From: a virus | DNA: 64,000 bases | Direction: 5' to 3' (one strand) | Virus record (IMG/VR): IMGVR_UViG_3300030101_002520 | Location: 51,140 to 115,139 of that record | Part shown: positions 45,803-54,913 of the stretch, piece after piece | Position numbering within the stretch: the stretch's first letter is position 1 | How the letters are laid out: each line of letters opens with the position of its first letter | Program-made: the position numbers and the translations under genes | The notes under the pieces: model-generated | The model's database searches: none | What the model saw: only the letters and a program-made list of their open reading frames with translations | Told to the model about the DNA's origin: nothing

Positions 45803-45913
45803 TACTTATTCTTTTTTTTATCCAATAATCTATTTGTGTACAAAAGTACATACCTGCACAGAAGGATGCTGCCATTCCTAAGACGGCAGCAACTCCTATA
45901 ACATAAATTTCTA

Positions 45914-46399
45914 TTATCTCCATCTACGTATATTATTTTTAACTTTTTTACTAAAATATCTTCTAAGAGATTCAGGACAATCATATTCCCAATAACCATC
46001 TCTATGTACTATAATGCTATAATCATGCATAAGATCAACATCATACATTGGATTCTCAAATGTTGCAACAACATTAGGTTTACCATAATCATTAAAATAT
46101 GGTGCTTGATAGTTTTTTCTTCTACTTTCAAGTACCCATTCATCTCTTCTTGGTATGTATCTAAAATGTAATTCTAATACAGTATTATCATTCCAACCAT
46201 AATCATTATAATAATAGTTTGGTCTATTGTTATTACCTATTACATCTAGTAGTGCCATACCAAACCAAAAATTATAGTTAGGTTTATGAACATGATGGTT
46301 ATGGTGTTTACCTTTATGACCATGTTTATTCTTATGCTTTGGCTTCTGTGCAAAACTAATACTAGTTATTAGTAATGCTAATAAAATTATTTTTTTCAT
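45914..46399 (-). CDS. Exported protein with His/Lys-rich N-terminus
   Basis: Signal peptide MKKIILLALLITSISFAQ followed by KHKNKHGHKGKHHNHHVH. Confidence 0.7.
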   Translation of the reverse strand: MKKIILLALLITSISFAQKPKHKNKHGHKGKHHNHHVHKPNYNFWFGMALLDVIGNNNRPNYYYNDYGWNDNTVLELHFRYIPRRDEWVLESRRKNYQAPYFNDYGKPNVVATFENPMYDVDLMHDYSIIVHRDGYWEYDCPESLRRYFSKKVKNNIRRWR

Positions 46400-47502
46400 T
46401 TATTTAACGGATTATAAAATTTAACTTTAGTTTGATCAAATGTGCTAAGTGCAGAATTAACCCACTTAACATCCTGAGTATTTTTATAACATAATATATG
46501 ACATGTAGCAGTCTCAGTAGGATTAAGACGTAACAAACGCCCTATTCTTTGTGCAGACTTACGCTCATTACCATATGCATGCATAATGATACCCTGTTTT
46601 AGATTAGGTATAGTAACACCCTCACTTAATTGTAATACACAAGATAGCTTATCTATCCTGCCATCAGAAAATAACTGTAGGTTATCTTCTGAGTCAGGAT
46701 TTTTAGAGTGATAACTATGATCACACATTCTATCAGCTTGTTTTTGTGTGTTAGCAAATACAATACACTTATGTCCTATATTTCTAATTAAACCTTTAGC
46801 ATAATTTTCTTTTGTAGGATAATCCATCATGGCTTTCATACGCATGATAGATAGGTATTGTCTTTGCTTTGGTGTTTGAGCATCACCCAATGCACCTGTA
46901 AAGTACTGATAGTCAGATAGTTCTGATGTATACCATGTTCTTCCATCTTTTGCAGACTTCTTAACATTCTTTATTTTAGATAGTTCAAGTTCATGTACTA
47001 TGATTTGATAGTCATTAAGTATATCATTATCAGCTGCATCATCTACACTAAATGTATATCTAACAGGACAATATCTATTAACCATCTTTAGTTTTTCACC
47101 AGATTTAGGTGGTGTACCAGTTAAACCTAATATTCTACCTTTAAACTGATTTAAAAACTCATCATGACTTTCTAATAAACTATGACATTCATCTAAATAG
47201 ACTGTATCATAATCATTTGCTCTCTTCTTATTTAATGACAAGTATGTTGTAAACTCTATATGTGGTAATAAAGATTGTTTACCCATTAAATTTATCTCAT
47301 TGACCCATGAGTCTTTAACAGACCATTTTGGAACAACAACTAAAACTCTTGTAAAAGCATCAAAGAGTTTTTCTAAATGATATAGTGCAATTCTAGTTTT
47401 ACCAACACCCATTGATATTGCTAGTGTGCCTCTTTCATATTCAAGTGCTTTGTGTAAAGCCTTGAGTTGTACTTCTTCTCTTGATATTTCTTTCACTTCC
47501 AT
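46396..47502 (-). CDS. Superfamily 2 DNA helicase
   Basis: MGVGKT, LDECH, GLTGT, LSEGVTIP, QRIGRLLR. Confidence 0.9.
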   Translation of the reverse strand: MEVKEISREEVQLKALHKALEYERGTLAISMGVGKTRIALYHLEKLFDAFTRVLVVVPKWSVKDSWVNEINLMGKQSLLPHIEFTTYLSLNKKRANDYDTVYLDECHSLLESHDEFLNQFKGRILGLTGTPPKSGEKLKMVNRYCPVRYTFSVDDAADNDILNDYQIIVHELELSKIKNVKKSAKDGRTWYTSELSDYQYFTGALGDAQTPKQRQYLSIMRMKAMMDYPTKENYAKGLIRNIGHKCIVFANTQKQADRMCDHSYHSKNPDSEDNLQLFSDGRIDKLSCVLQLSEGVTIPNLKQGIIMHAYGNERKSAQRIGRLLRLNPTETATCHILCYKNTQDVKWVNSALSTFDQTKVKFYNPLNK

Positions 47503-47765
47503 TAGTTTAAGCCTATATTATTATCTTTTAATAGTTTATGTAATTCATGATGAGCATCCATCTCATCAAAATGCTGCTTAATATTGTCAAGTTTAGCATT
47601 TATTTCTGGTGGTAATGAAGTTACTTCAAACCCATTAACATCATTTATTATATGCAATAGTGTTTCTTGATCTATAACATCAGGGTTATTTGATAGAAAC
47701 ATTGCAAGATCATATAAATCTTCTTTTTGTAAATTATCTGCTAGATATTTTAATAATTTTATCAT
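47502..47765 (-). CDS. Hypothetical protein
   Basis: ORF track; coupled overlaps with neighbours. Confidence 0.6.
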   Translation of the reverse strand: MIKLLKYLADNLQKEDLYDLAMFLSNNPDVIDQETLLHIINDVNGFEVTSLPPEINAKLDNIKQHFDEMDAHHELHKLLKDNNIGLN

Positions 47766-48025
47766 ATTCTTTTTATTGAAAATCCTAATTCTTCTGCGTC
47801 TACTGGATTAAGTTCAATCCAATTGTGACAAGTTCTACATACTGATAGCCAAGTGTTTACATCATTGTGATATATACCTCTACCTTTCTTATGATGGACA
47901 TCTGTGGACTTATTTGTACATTTAGGCAATGCAGCTTGACACAAAGGATACTCAGCCAAGAATTCTCTTCTTAGCTGACTATACTTTGCCTCAATCTTTT
48001 GCATTTTTTTAGATCTTTGTCTCAT
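47762..48025 (-). CDS. Small HNH/zinc-finger endonuclease-like protein
   Basis: CQ...C...DVHH.KGRG...WLSVCRTCH. Confidence 0.75.
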   Translation of the reverse strand: MRQRSKKMQKIEAKYSQLRREFLAEYPLCQAALPKCTNKSTDVHHKKGRGIYHNDVNTWLSVCRTCHNWIELNPVDAEELGFSIKRI

Positions 48026-48531
48026 TTTAAACTTAAATAGTTTTTAGGTAATAAACCTGTACCCATAAATTTGATTACTAAATCTTCATAAGTTAAACCT
48101 AAATCCTTTAAGTACATTTTATTTTTATAGTCAGGTAAATATTCAAAAGGCATTTCATAAATATCCTTACCTAATTCTGACTGTGCAAATATACGAAATA
48201 AAGGCTTAACTTGTTGCCATGTAACAAATTGTTTTAGTTCATTAACAACATGTTGACCACGCTTCCATACTTTGGTGATTCTTCTTTTCTTATCCCAATG
48301 CATTTTAGCTATCTCTTCTCTGTCATACATCTTTAAACCATGCAATACTCTCTTAAATAAGAAGTGTTGTACTGGATTAAGTTTTGTATACACAAGAGTT
48401 TGCTTTGGTTCTTTAATAAATAATTGATATTCAGATAGCATACCTAAGTATGTGTATCTTGCTTCTTCTCTTTGTATTTTAAATTGTTCTAACTTTGGTT
48501 TTAATTTTATAATTTGTTCTTTACTAAGCAT
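48022..48531 (-). CDS. Hypothetical protein
   Basis: ORF track. Confidence 0.65.
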   Translation of the reverse strand: MLSKEQIIKLKPKLEQFKIQREEARYTYLGMLSEYQLFIKEPKQTLVYTKLNPVQHFLFKRVLHGLKMYDREEIAKMHWDKKRRITKVWKRGQHVVNELKQFVTWQQVKPLFRIFAQSELGKDIYEMPFEYLPDYKNKMYLKDLGLTYEDLVIKFMGTGLLPKNYLSLK

Positions 48532-48563
48532 AATATATTCTATTAGTGAGTTATTGATAAATA

Positions 48564-48593
48564 GAAAAGGGCCCCCATGACAAGAGCCCTTCT
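48564..48593 (-). terminator. Probable terminator hairpin
   Basis: AAGGGC/GCCCTT stem plus TTTTCTATTT on the minus strand; two further hairpins at 48617-48641 and 48651-48670. Confidence 0.5.
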
Positions 48594-48673
48594 CAAATGA
48601 AAAATTTATTTAAAAAGATGCGAGGTAACAAAGTCCGCATCAAATCAAATTGACCAGTTAAGGTTGGTCATTC

Positions 48674-49243
48674 CTATAATTCAAAAGTTTCTTCTTCCAT
48701 TTCTACTTCTTGTTCTACAACTTCCTCTACCTCCTCTACTTTTTCTGCTTTCTTCTTATCTTTCTTAGCCATTAGCTTGTTAAGATCTTCTTGAGTTACA
48801 GTTTTCTTAGAGTCAGTACCATTAGCTTCTCTAATAGCATCAGCATTAGTATGTGCTACTAATACATCTTGTTCTTTACCTGAAGCATCATAGAAAGTTC
48901 TTCTGTAGATAGGTTCACCATGTGCACAGCAAATTATACCTGTATCACCTGCTTTTTTAAGATCTCTATCAGGATTACTGCTGTTAAATGGTTCAGTTTG
49001 TTCTCTAATAACTATGTTACCAGAAAGTTCTTGACCTGGCTCAAAGCCCATAGCTTTAAGGTCTTCTAATTTACCATGTACTAATGTAGATCTACTTTTA
49101 TTGTCTACCCAACCTTGTGTATTAAAGAATACTTTTTGTTGAACTAATCTAATGTGAGCATATTCTGCATTAGTTTTTGATACTCTGATTGCGTTACCTT
49201 GTTCATCCGGAACAATAGTAACAGATTGTGAATTTGAATTCAT
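48674..49243 (-). CDS. Hypothetical protein with acidic tail (possible OB-fold/SSB-like)
   Basis: Beta-rich core; EEVEEVVEQEVEMEEETFEL tail. Confidence 0.6.
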   Translation of the reverse strand: MNSNSQSVTIVPDEQGNAIRVSKTNAEYAHIRLVQQKVFFNTQGWVDNKSRSTLVHGKLEDLKAMGFEPGQELSGNIVIREQTEPFNSSNPDRDLKKAGDTGIICCAHGEPIYRRTFYDASGKEQDVLVAHTNADAIREANGTDSKKTVTQEDLNKLMAKKDKKKAEKVEEVEEVVEQEVEMEEETFEL

Positions 49244-49286
49244 GTCTTTGTTTTTGTTTTAATTAATTATTTGTGTTAACTATGAC

Positions 49287-49553
49287 TTATACGTCATCTC
49301 TATGAAAGTAGGAATCATCCATCTTCTCTATATCCTTGATCTCATCAAGGTTTGGTTCACGTTCATGTGAGTCCAATATTTTTTTATCTATTTTCTGCTT
49401 ACTTTTTAAAGCAGATTTATAAAAAGGATTAGTGATATCTGAAGTATAATCATTACCAAGACCATTTAGATCTCTGATCTCATCATCAGTTAAAGCTAAG
49501 TACTCTTCAATACTAAGTTCAATGATGCGTCCATTTGGTAATTGATAAATCAT
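49287..49553 (-). CDS. Hypothetical protein
   Basis: MIYQLPNGRIIELSIEEYL; TATATTTG immediately upstream (49557-49564). Confidence 0.65.
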   Translation of the reverse strand: MIYQLPNGRIIELSIEEYLALTDDEIRDLNGLGNDYTSDITNPFYKSALKSKQKIDKKILDSHEREPNLDEIKDIEKMDDSYFHRDDV

Positions 49554-49632
49554 ATGCAAATATATGTGATTCAGTTATTATACCCTAATGATTTTGAATC
49601 AGCACTAATAATAATTTACAGTAGTATAGCTA

Positions 49633-49872
49633 TCATACTAATAGAAATTTTCTACCAATCCTCTTTATATATCCTTTTTGCTTTAATTTATTAAGATTTC
49701 TATGTATTGTACTTGGATTTACATCACATAAATCAGCCAATGTATTAATAGAAGGATAACAAGTTCTATTTTTATTTGCGTAAGTACATAACAAAGCATA
49801 CAAACCTTTAGCTTGCATAGATAGCTCTGGATCAGTTAATATATCTTTATTAACTATGCCAAAGGCTTCCAT
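49633..49872 (-). CDS. Helix-turn-helix protein (HTH_36-like)
   Basis: LSMQAKGLYALL...CYPSINTLAD...STIHRNLNKLKQKGYI. Confidence 0.82.
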   Translation of the reverse strand: MEAFGIVNKDILTDPELSMQAKGLYALLCTYANKNRTCYPSINTLADLCDVNPSTIHRNLNKLKQKGYIKRIGRKFLLV

Positions 49873-50282
49873 AACTCTATAATGTTAGATCTCTTTACCC
49901 TTACTTCTTTATATTGTACATCTTCATTACCTTTAATTCTTAAGTGAGCATGTATTTTATATTCAGTTGCATAAGGATTACATTCATCTCTATAACCACA
50001 ATCACTTATAATTTTACCTTTTATATAACCATATTCATTCATAAGTTTTGCATCTTTCATTATATCTTCTTGGATTAAATCTTTAAGATCATACTTGTTA
50101 TCTATAGGATCAAACCAAACTATATCATTTTTTTTAAGTAATTCATGCTTCCTTTCATTAACTATCTCATCCATTACAGCGCCCTTTTGTTCATCACTTA
50201 AATACGATATCATCATCTTTAGTATAAACTCATCATCTATTGAGTCTTTTATTATCTTATATGTTATTCTTTCTAAATTCAT
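49854..50282 (-). CDS. Hypothetical protein
   Basis: ORF track. Confidence 0.6.
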   Translation of the reverse strand: MNLERITYKIIKDSIDDEFILKMMISYLSDEQKGAVMDEIVNERKHELLKKNDIVWFDPIDNKYDLKDLIQEDIMKDAKLMNEYGYIKGKIISDCGYRDECNPYATEYKIHAHLRIKGNEDVQYKEVRVKRSNIIELWKPLA

Positions 50283-50793
50283 ATCAATTATTATTATGGA
50301 CCAAGAGGATGACGTAGCTATATATCATCCCCTTAATCACTACTCACTTAATAGAATAGATATTACCTATTCAAATAATAAACATTATACCCCTATAATG
50401 CTATGGTACTGTTTGTATTGCATACATGCAACAAAAAACAATTATACTTGCCTAACCCAAATAGGTTAGGACTTTGGTAGGTTGTTTGATTTTATACAGT
50501 TTACTCTGCTAAGTTGCGGTTACTATGTCTCTTATCCTATAGAGAGAGAACATAAGACTATAACAAGAGTAGTTACATTGGTCTGCATTATCATTAACCT
50601 CTGCAATTACTCTAGTTATAGCTATATTATTTATTATGGTGTTAACCATGTTGGTTTATGGTAGAAAGTGGTAATATGTGGGAATTGAGACCTCACACAC
50701 ACAACTTAACGCACATAATTTGTTTTTTTTATGCACGGTAACCAAATTATTATGGACTCTGTAACCAAATGTGGTTGCTGACGCCCATAAAAG

Positions 50794-50830
50794 AATAAAG
50801 TGTAGCTACTATTGTTCACTACACTTTATT
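50794..50830. terminator. 12-bp inverted repeat after the 50839 gene
   Basis: AATAAAGTGTAG / CTACACTTTATT. Confidence 0.5.
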
Positions 50831-50838
50831 TAGAACTC

Positions 50839-51144
50839 TTATCCTACAAACTCTGCCCAGTTCAGTCCAGTTGGTTCCTTGGTATCTCTGTCTAATACAG
50901 GAGAACCAGAATCAACTACACCTTCAAGTTCTTGATCTGCTTGGAAATCATAGTCACGAGGATCAACAGTGTTACCTTCTGAATCCGTAATTATGAGTAA
51001 GCAGAACTGAGCTTGGTTTCTAACGAAAGCTTCTTGCCCGTTGATCATTCTTTTTGTTCTACTTGCTGAAGTCTTGCAGATCACACTGTTTAAAGGATTA
51101 CCCTGTGCATCTACTGCATACTTGTGGAAAAATAAATTTTGCAT
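50839..51144 (-). CDS. Hypothetical protein, first gene of the minus block
   Basis: ORF track; AT-rich leader. Confidence 0.65.
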   Translation of the reverse strand: MQNLFFHKYAVDAQGNPLNSVICKTSASRTKRMINGQEAFVRNQAQFCLLIITDSEGNTVDPRDYDFQADQELEGVVDSGSPVLDRDTKEPTGLNWAEFVG

Positions 51145-51292
51145 CTTTGTTTTAATTTTAAGTTAATATTCTACGAAGCAACACAGGGGGTACCTGCGCT
51201 GCACATTCTAGTAGGGGAGCAGAAATATAGAACGTCTCTAGAACTTAATGCATACAAAATTTCAATTTAGGTGAGAAATTTGTTATATTATA

Positions 51293-51366
51293 TATGTAGG
51301 GGGATTTAGGTATACAGCCCCATCCTTTACAAAAAGGTATGTGCAGTAACTTACCATCCCTACATA
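51293..51366 (+). ncRNA. Candidate small structured RNA or leader element
   Basis: Closing stem TATGTAGGG/CCCTACATA with possible internal stems; begins directly after TATATTAT (51284-51291). Confidence 0.3.
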
Positions 51367-51511
51367 AACACACCCAAGTATATTAATTATTGCTTATTGG
51401 GTAATGATAAATGTCGTAAGTATATGTAAGGTTCGTGTTTATAATGTTTAGGGATAGTGTTTAGGAAAGTCCTTTATGCCCCTTTATGTTTAATTTTTAA
51501 ATTTTTTAATT

Positions 51512-51949
51512 ATGGCAATTTCAAGTATGTCGGGCGCAAAGCCTTATTTATATTTCTTAGATGGAGCAAACACGGATGTAACTTTTAAAGCAGAAGATTT
51601 ATTATGGATGGAAAAAGATGGTGCAGCGGCACTTAACATTTATTTTAGATCACCTAAGTTTAACTCGGTTTTATTAACTGATGATAGTGATGTTACAGCA
51701 GCTCAAGCTTATCAAACAAGAGCTAACTGTAAAATTGTATTAGCAGTAGCTACAGGTTTAGGTAAACAAGTAATGAAGTCTATTATTGCTGCATTGAACT
51801 CTCCAGTTTCAGTTGGAGATCCTAATGCTAGATTTGATAGAGGATTTATTACTGTAGCTGATGATGTTAATAGTAGTTATGTAGATGCTGGAATTACAGC
51901 AGTAACATCAATTACATTTGATGCTAAAGCTACTGACGCAATAGCATAG
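51512..51949 (+). CDS. Hypothetical protein, probably virion-associated
   Basis: Ala/Thr/Asp-rich; first gene of the plus-strand block. Confidence 0.6.
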   Translation: MAISSMSGAKPYLYFLDGANTDVTFKAEDLLWMEKDGAAALNIYFRSPKFNSVLLTDDSDVTAAQAYQTRANCKIVLAVATGLGKQVMKSIIAALNSPVSVGDPNARFDRGFITVADDVNSSYVDAGITAVTSITFDAKATDAIA

Positions 51950-52053
51950 TAGTTTTTTGAAGAGTACAGGGACCTCTGTTGGTTTGGGCCCAATCTTGTT
52001 ATCACGCACTATCAAGTCCCTTTTCTTCTTTAATTAAATTAAAAATAAATAAT

Positions 52054-52362
52054 ATGAAAGATCAAAATCCAGATGACTTCTTACCAGAAATGAGTGAGTC
52101 AGAAAAATATGAGGTTGAACAGATGATGATAGATAAAGCGTTTGATAATTCGTACTTGGTATTAACTAATAGAGCTACTATAGAAGAATTATTAGAAAGA
52201 AAATCTAAGTATGGAATGAAAGGTATAATGATGTTTGACCCAGGTGATGAGCCGGATGAGGATTTATTTGATGATGTAATATATTATTATGAGGATCTTG
52301 AAGAGTATGAACGTTGTGCGGAATTATTGAAGATTAAGAAAAAGAAATTTAAAAATGTATAG
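52054..52362 (+). CDS. Acidic protein with UVR (UvrB/C)-like tail
   Basis: YYEDLEEYERCAELLK; start placed at MKDQ. Confidence 0.6.
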   Translation: MKDQNPDDFLPEMSESEKYEVEQMMIDKAFDNSYLVLTNRATIEELLERKSKYGMKGIMMFDPGDEPDEDLFDDVIYYYEDLEEYERCAELLKIKKKKFKNV

Positions 52363-52726
52363 TTATAATGCAAAGTGCATAAGAGTAGTAGATGGAGATA
52401 CTATAGATGCAGAAATAGATCTTGGCTTTGATGTTAAGATTAAAAAAAGAATAAGGCTAGCTGGTATTAATGCACCAGAGTCTAGAACTAGAAATAAGGT
52501 TGAAAAGAAGTTAGGCTTAGCAGCAAAGGAAAGATTAATTGAAATGTTAGATGGTGCTGCTAATTATTTTGAATTAGAATCACAAGAACTTGGTAAGTAT
52601 GGTAGAGTTCTTGGTAGATTACACATAGATAAAATAGCAGGCAAAGATACAATTACTAAAGTATGTGTAAATGATTGCCTCGTAAAAGAAGGACACGCCG
52701 TAGAATATAACGGTGGTAAACGTTAA
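52355..52726 (+). CDS. Thermonuclease (SNase) family nuclease
   Basis: RVVDGDTID, RIRLAGINAPE, GKYGRVLG, VN..LVKEGHA. Confidence 0.9.
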   Translation: MYSYNAKCIRVVDGDTIDAEIDLGFDVKIKKRIRLAGINAPESRTRNKVEKKLGLAAKERLIEMLDGAANYFELESQELGKYGRVLGRLHIDKIAGKDTITKVCVNDCLVKEGHAVEYNGGKR

Positions 52727-52749
52727 TATTAACAATTAAAATTAAAATT

Positions 52750-53013
52750 ATGCCAAAACATGGAATGAAATATCACAAGGGTGGTTCAAATGCTAAAATG
52801 CCAAAATCAGTTATTAAAAAAGGTGGGGCAACTTGCATAGGTAAAGTTAAAGGTGTTGATGTATGTGCTTTAACATTAAGACAACAAAAAACATTAAAAA
52901 AACATTCTGTACACCATACAAAGAAACATATGCAAATGATGGTTAATGCTATGAAAAATGGTGCATCATTTGGAGCTTCTCATAAAATGGCACAGAAAAA
53001 AGTAGGAAAATAA
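52750..53013 (+). CDS. Small basic protein
   Basis: KGG twice; LTLRQQKTLKKHSVHHTKKHM...SHKMAQKKVGK. Confidence 0.7.
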   Translation: MPKHGMKYHKGGSNAKMPKSVIKKGGATCIGKVKGVDVCALTLRQQKTLKKHSVHHTKKHMQMMVNAMKNGASFGASHKMAQKKVGK

Positions 53014-53324
53014 TGCCTAAGAAAAAAAAGGATCCTAGAGTAGGGACTGGAAAAAAACCAAAAGGTAGTGGTAGAAGACTATATACGGATGAAAATCCTA
53101 AAGATACTGTACGTATAAAGTTTGCTACACCTGCAGATGCAAGAGCAACTGTAGCTAAAGTTAAGAAGATTAGTAAACCTTATGCTAGAAAGATTCAAAT
53201 ACTAACTGTAGGAGAACAAAGAGCAAAGGTTATGAAAAAAACACAGGTTGCTGCAATATTTAAAAGAGGTAAAGAAGCAATAAGAAAGAAGCATAAAAAA
53301 AAGAAAGATGTCAAAAAGAAGTAA
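53013..53324 (+). CDS. Small basic protein
   Basis: GTGKKPKGSGRRLYTDENPKDTVRIKFAT; TAATG-coupled. Confidence 0.7.
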   Translation: MPKKKKDPRVGTGKKPKGSGRRLYTDENPKDTVRIKFATPADARATVAKVKKISKPYARKIQILTVGEQRAKVMKKTQVAAIFKRGKEAIRKKHKKKKDVKKK

Positions 53325-53574
53325 AAAAGGTGGAATGTCAGGATGTACAATCAAAAATGGTTGTAAAAGTAAATCTGGTGGTCTTACAGCTAAAGGGCGT
53401 AAGATGATTAACCGTAAAACAGGATCTAAACTAAAAGCTCCACAGCCAGGAGGAGGTCCACGTAAAAGATCTTTTTGTGCTAGAAATCTTGGGCAAATAA
53501 AAAAGTTTAATATTGATTGCAGGAAGACTCCTAAAAAAAGAGCATGTCTTGCAAGAAAACGTTGGAAATGTTAA
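53308..53574 (+). CDS. Small basic Cys-containing protein (DUF6321-like)
   Basis: GGLTAKGR...GSKLKAPQ...RKRSFCAR...ARKRWKC. Confidence 0.65.
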   Translation: MSKRSKKGGMSGCTIKNGCKSKSGGLTAKGRKMINRKTGSKLKAPQPGGGPRKRSFCARNLGQIKKFNIDCRKTPKKRACLARKRWKC

Positions 53575-53585
53575 AATAAATAATT

Positions 53586-53750
53586 ATGGCAAAGAAAAAA
53601 AAGAAAAAAGCTAAAAGAGATGCTTGTTACAGTAAAGTAAGAGCAAGATATAGTGTATGGCCTTCAGCTTATGCATCCGGTGCATTGGTAAGATGTAGAA
53701 AGGTAGGAGCTGCCAATTGGGGTAATAAGTCTAAAAAGAAAAAGAAATAA
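53586..53750 (+). CDS. Small basic protein (54 aa)
   Basis: Hand-translated MAKKKKKKAKRDACYSKVRARYSVWPSAYASGALVRCRKVGAANWGNKSKKKKK. Confidence 0.75.
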   Translation: MAKKKKKKAKRDACYSKVRARYSVWPSAYASGALVRCRKVGAANWGNKSKKKKK

Positions 53751-53965
53751 TGGCTAAAGAAAGCTTACATAAGTGGTTTAGTAGAAACAAAGGTAAAGGT
53801 TGGATAGATTGTAAAACTGGTAAACCTTGTGGAAGGAAGTCAGCAAAAGGTGGATCTAAAAGACCTTATCCTGCTTGCAGACCTACTAAAGCACAATGTA
53901 CATCTGCAGCTAGAAAAAAAACTAGTTCAAAAAGAATTAGCTGGAAAAAACGTAAAAAGAAATAG
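53750..53965 (+). CDS. Small basic Cys-containing protein
   Basis: SLHKWF...WIDCKTGKPCGR...RPYPACRP. Confidence 0.7.
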   Translation: MAKESLHKWFSRNKGKGWIDCKTGKPCGRKSAKGGSKRPYPACRPTKAQCTSAARKKTSSKRISWKKRKKK

Positions 53966-53967
53966 TT

Positions 53968-54111
53968 ATGAAAATTAATAAAAAAGATAAATCTTCTAAA
54001 GTAAAAGAAGATAAAATTGAAAAAGCTAAACAAAAATATAGAAGTGGTGGACAAGTGCAAGGTTGTGGTTGTCCTTATGGAATGAATATGGGACCTAATA
54101 GTGTATTATAA
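53968..54111 (+). CDS. Small basic protein with C-terminal GPNxxL (47 aa)
   Basis: Hand-translated MKINKKDKSSKVKEDKIEKAKQKYRSGGQVQGCGCPYGMNMGPNSVL. Confidence 0.65.
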   Translation: MKINKKDKSSKVKEDKIEKAKQKYRSGGQVQGCGCPYGMNMGPNSVL

Positions 54112-54122
54112 ATTATATAAAT

Positions 54123-54698
54123 ATGTCATATCATAATAATCAAAGTAGTAATAGTAATTTAAGAGTAAATAGAGGTGCAAGACGTACGGTCAACCCATCA
54201 GCTTTATCAGAATCAGGAGCAATTTATCAAGATCCAACTGTAAGAAACACTAGAGTTACTTCACAGATTCAAACAATTAATCAAGAATTAATACCTTATG
54301 ATAATCAATTACAATCAGAATTATCTACAAGTGTAGCTATTAATAATAGTGGTGCAAAATCTAAATCACAAGATCTTCTTTTTATTTTAACTAATAATAA
54401 TTTAGAAATGGGTGTTAGATTTATTTTTGAAACATTAGCAAATAAAAGAGGTAAGAAAACTCAAGATATGTTAAAAGATGGATTAACTTTTAATAGTTTA
54501 TATAATCAACTACAAGATATATTAAGTTTAGCAAAACAAGTTGTTGAAGGTACAGCTGGTGATGATAGAAAAAATTTTGGTACATGTAAATGCACAAATC
54601 CTCCATCATTAGGTTTTTGTGTAGAAGGGCTATGTATTAAAGCTAATTTTAATTTTACTAAACTAGAAGGAAGTTTATCAATAACAATACCTTTTTAA
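54123..54698 (+). CDS. Hypothetical protein with Cys-rich C-terminus
   Basis: ORF track. Confidence 0.6.
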   Translation: MSYHNNQSSNSNLRVNRGARRTVNPSALSESGAIYQDPTVRNTRVTSQIQTINQELIPYDNQLQSELSTSVAINNSGAKSKSQDLLFILTNNNLEMGVRFIFETLANKRGKKTQDMLKDGLTFNSLYNQLQDILSLAKQVVEGTAGDDRKNFGTCKCTNPPSLGFCVEGLCIKANFNFTKLEGSLSITIPF

Positions 54699-54700
54699 TT

Positions 54701-54913
54701 ATGAATATATTTAAAGATAATAATGATTGGAATGAAAAAGCTATAATAGGTTTTGTAGCATTTGTCATTATGTGTATAATAATGGTTGCTGATCTAGTAA
54801 CAGGCTGGGTAGGTAAAGACTTAGTAATTAATGAGTTTGTTTATGATTCATTTGTTTGGGTGGTTCTCGGCTGCTTTGGTATCAGTGGCGTTGAGAAATT
54901 TGCCAAAAAATGA
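54701..54913 (+). CDS. Two-TM holin-like membrane protein
   Basis: Two hydrophobic segments; ends GCFGISGVEKFAKK. Confidence 0.6.
   Translation: MNIFKDNNDWNEKAIIGFVAFVIMCIIMVADLVTGWVGKDLVINEFVYDSFVWVVLGCFGISGVEKFAKK

Noticed and set aside
50095-50664. Plus-strand ORFs 50095-50469 and 50482-50664
   Set aside because: Non-ATG starts, atypical composition and partial antisense overlap; treated as non-coding.
51293-51366. tRNA gene
   Set aside because: The size fits, but there is no GTTCRA T-loop, D-loop consensus or CCA; kept only as an ncRNA candidate.
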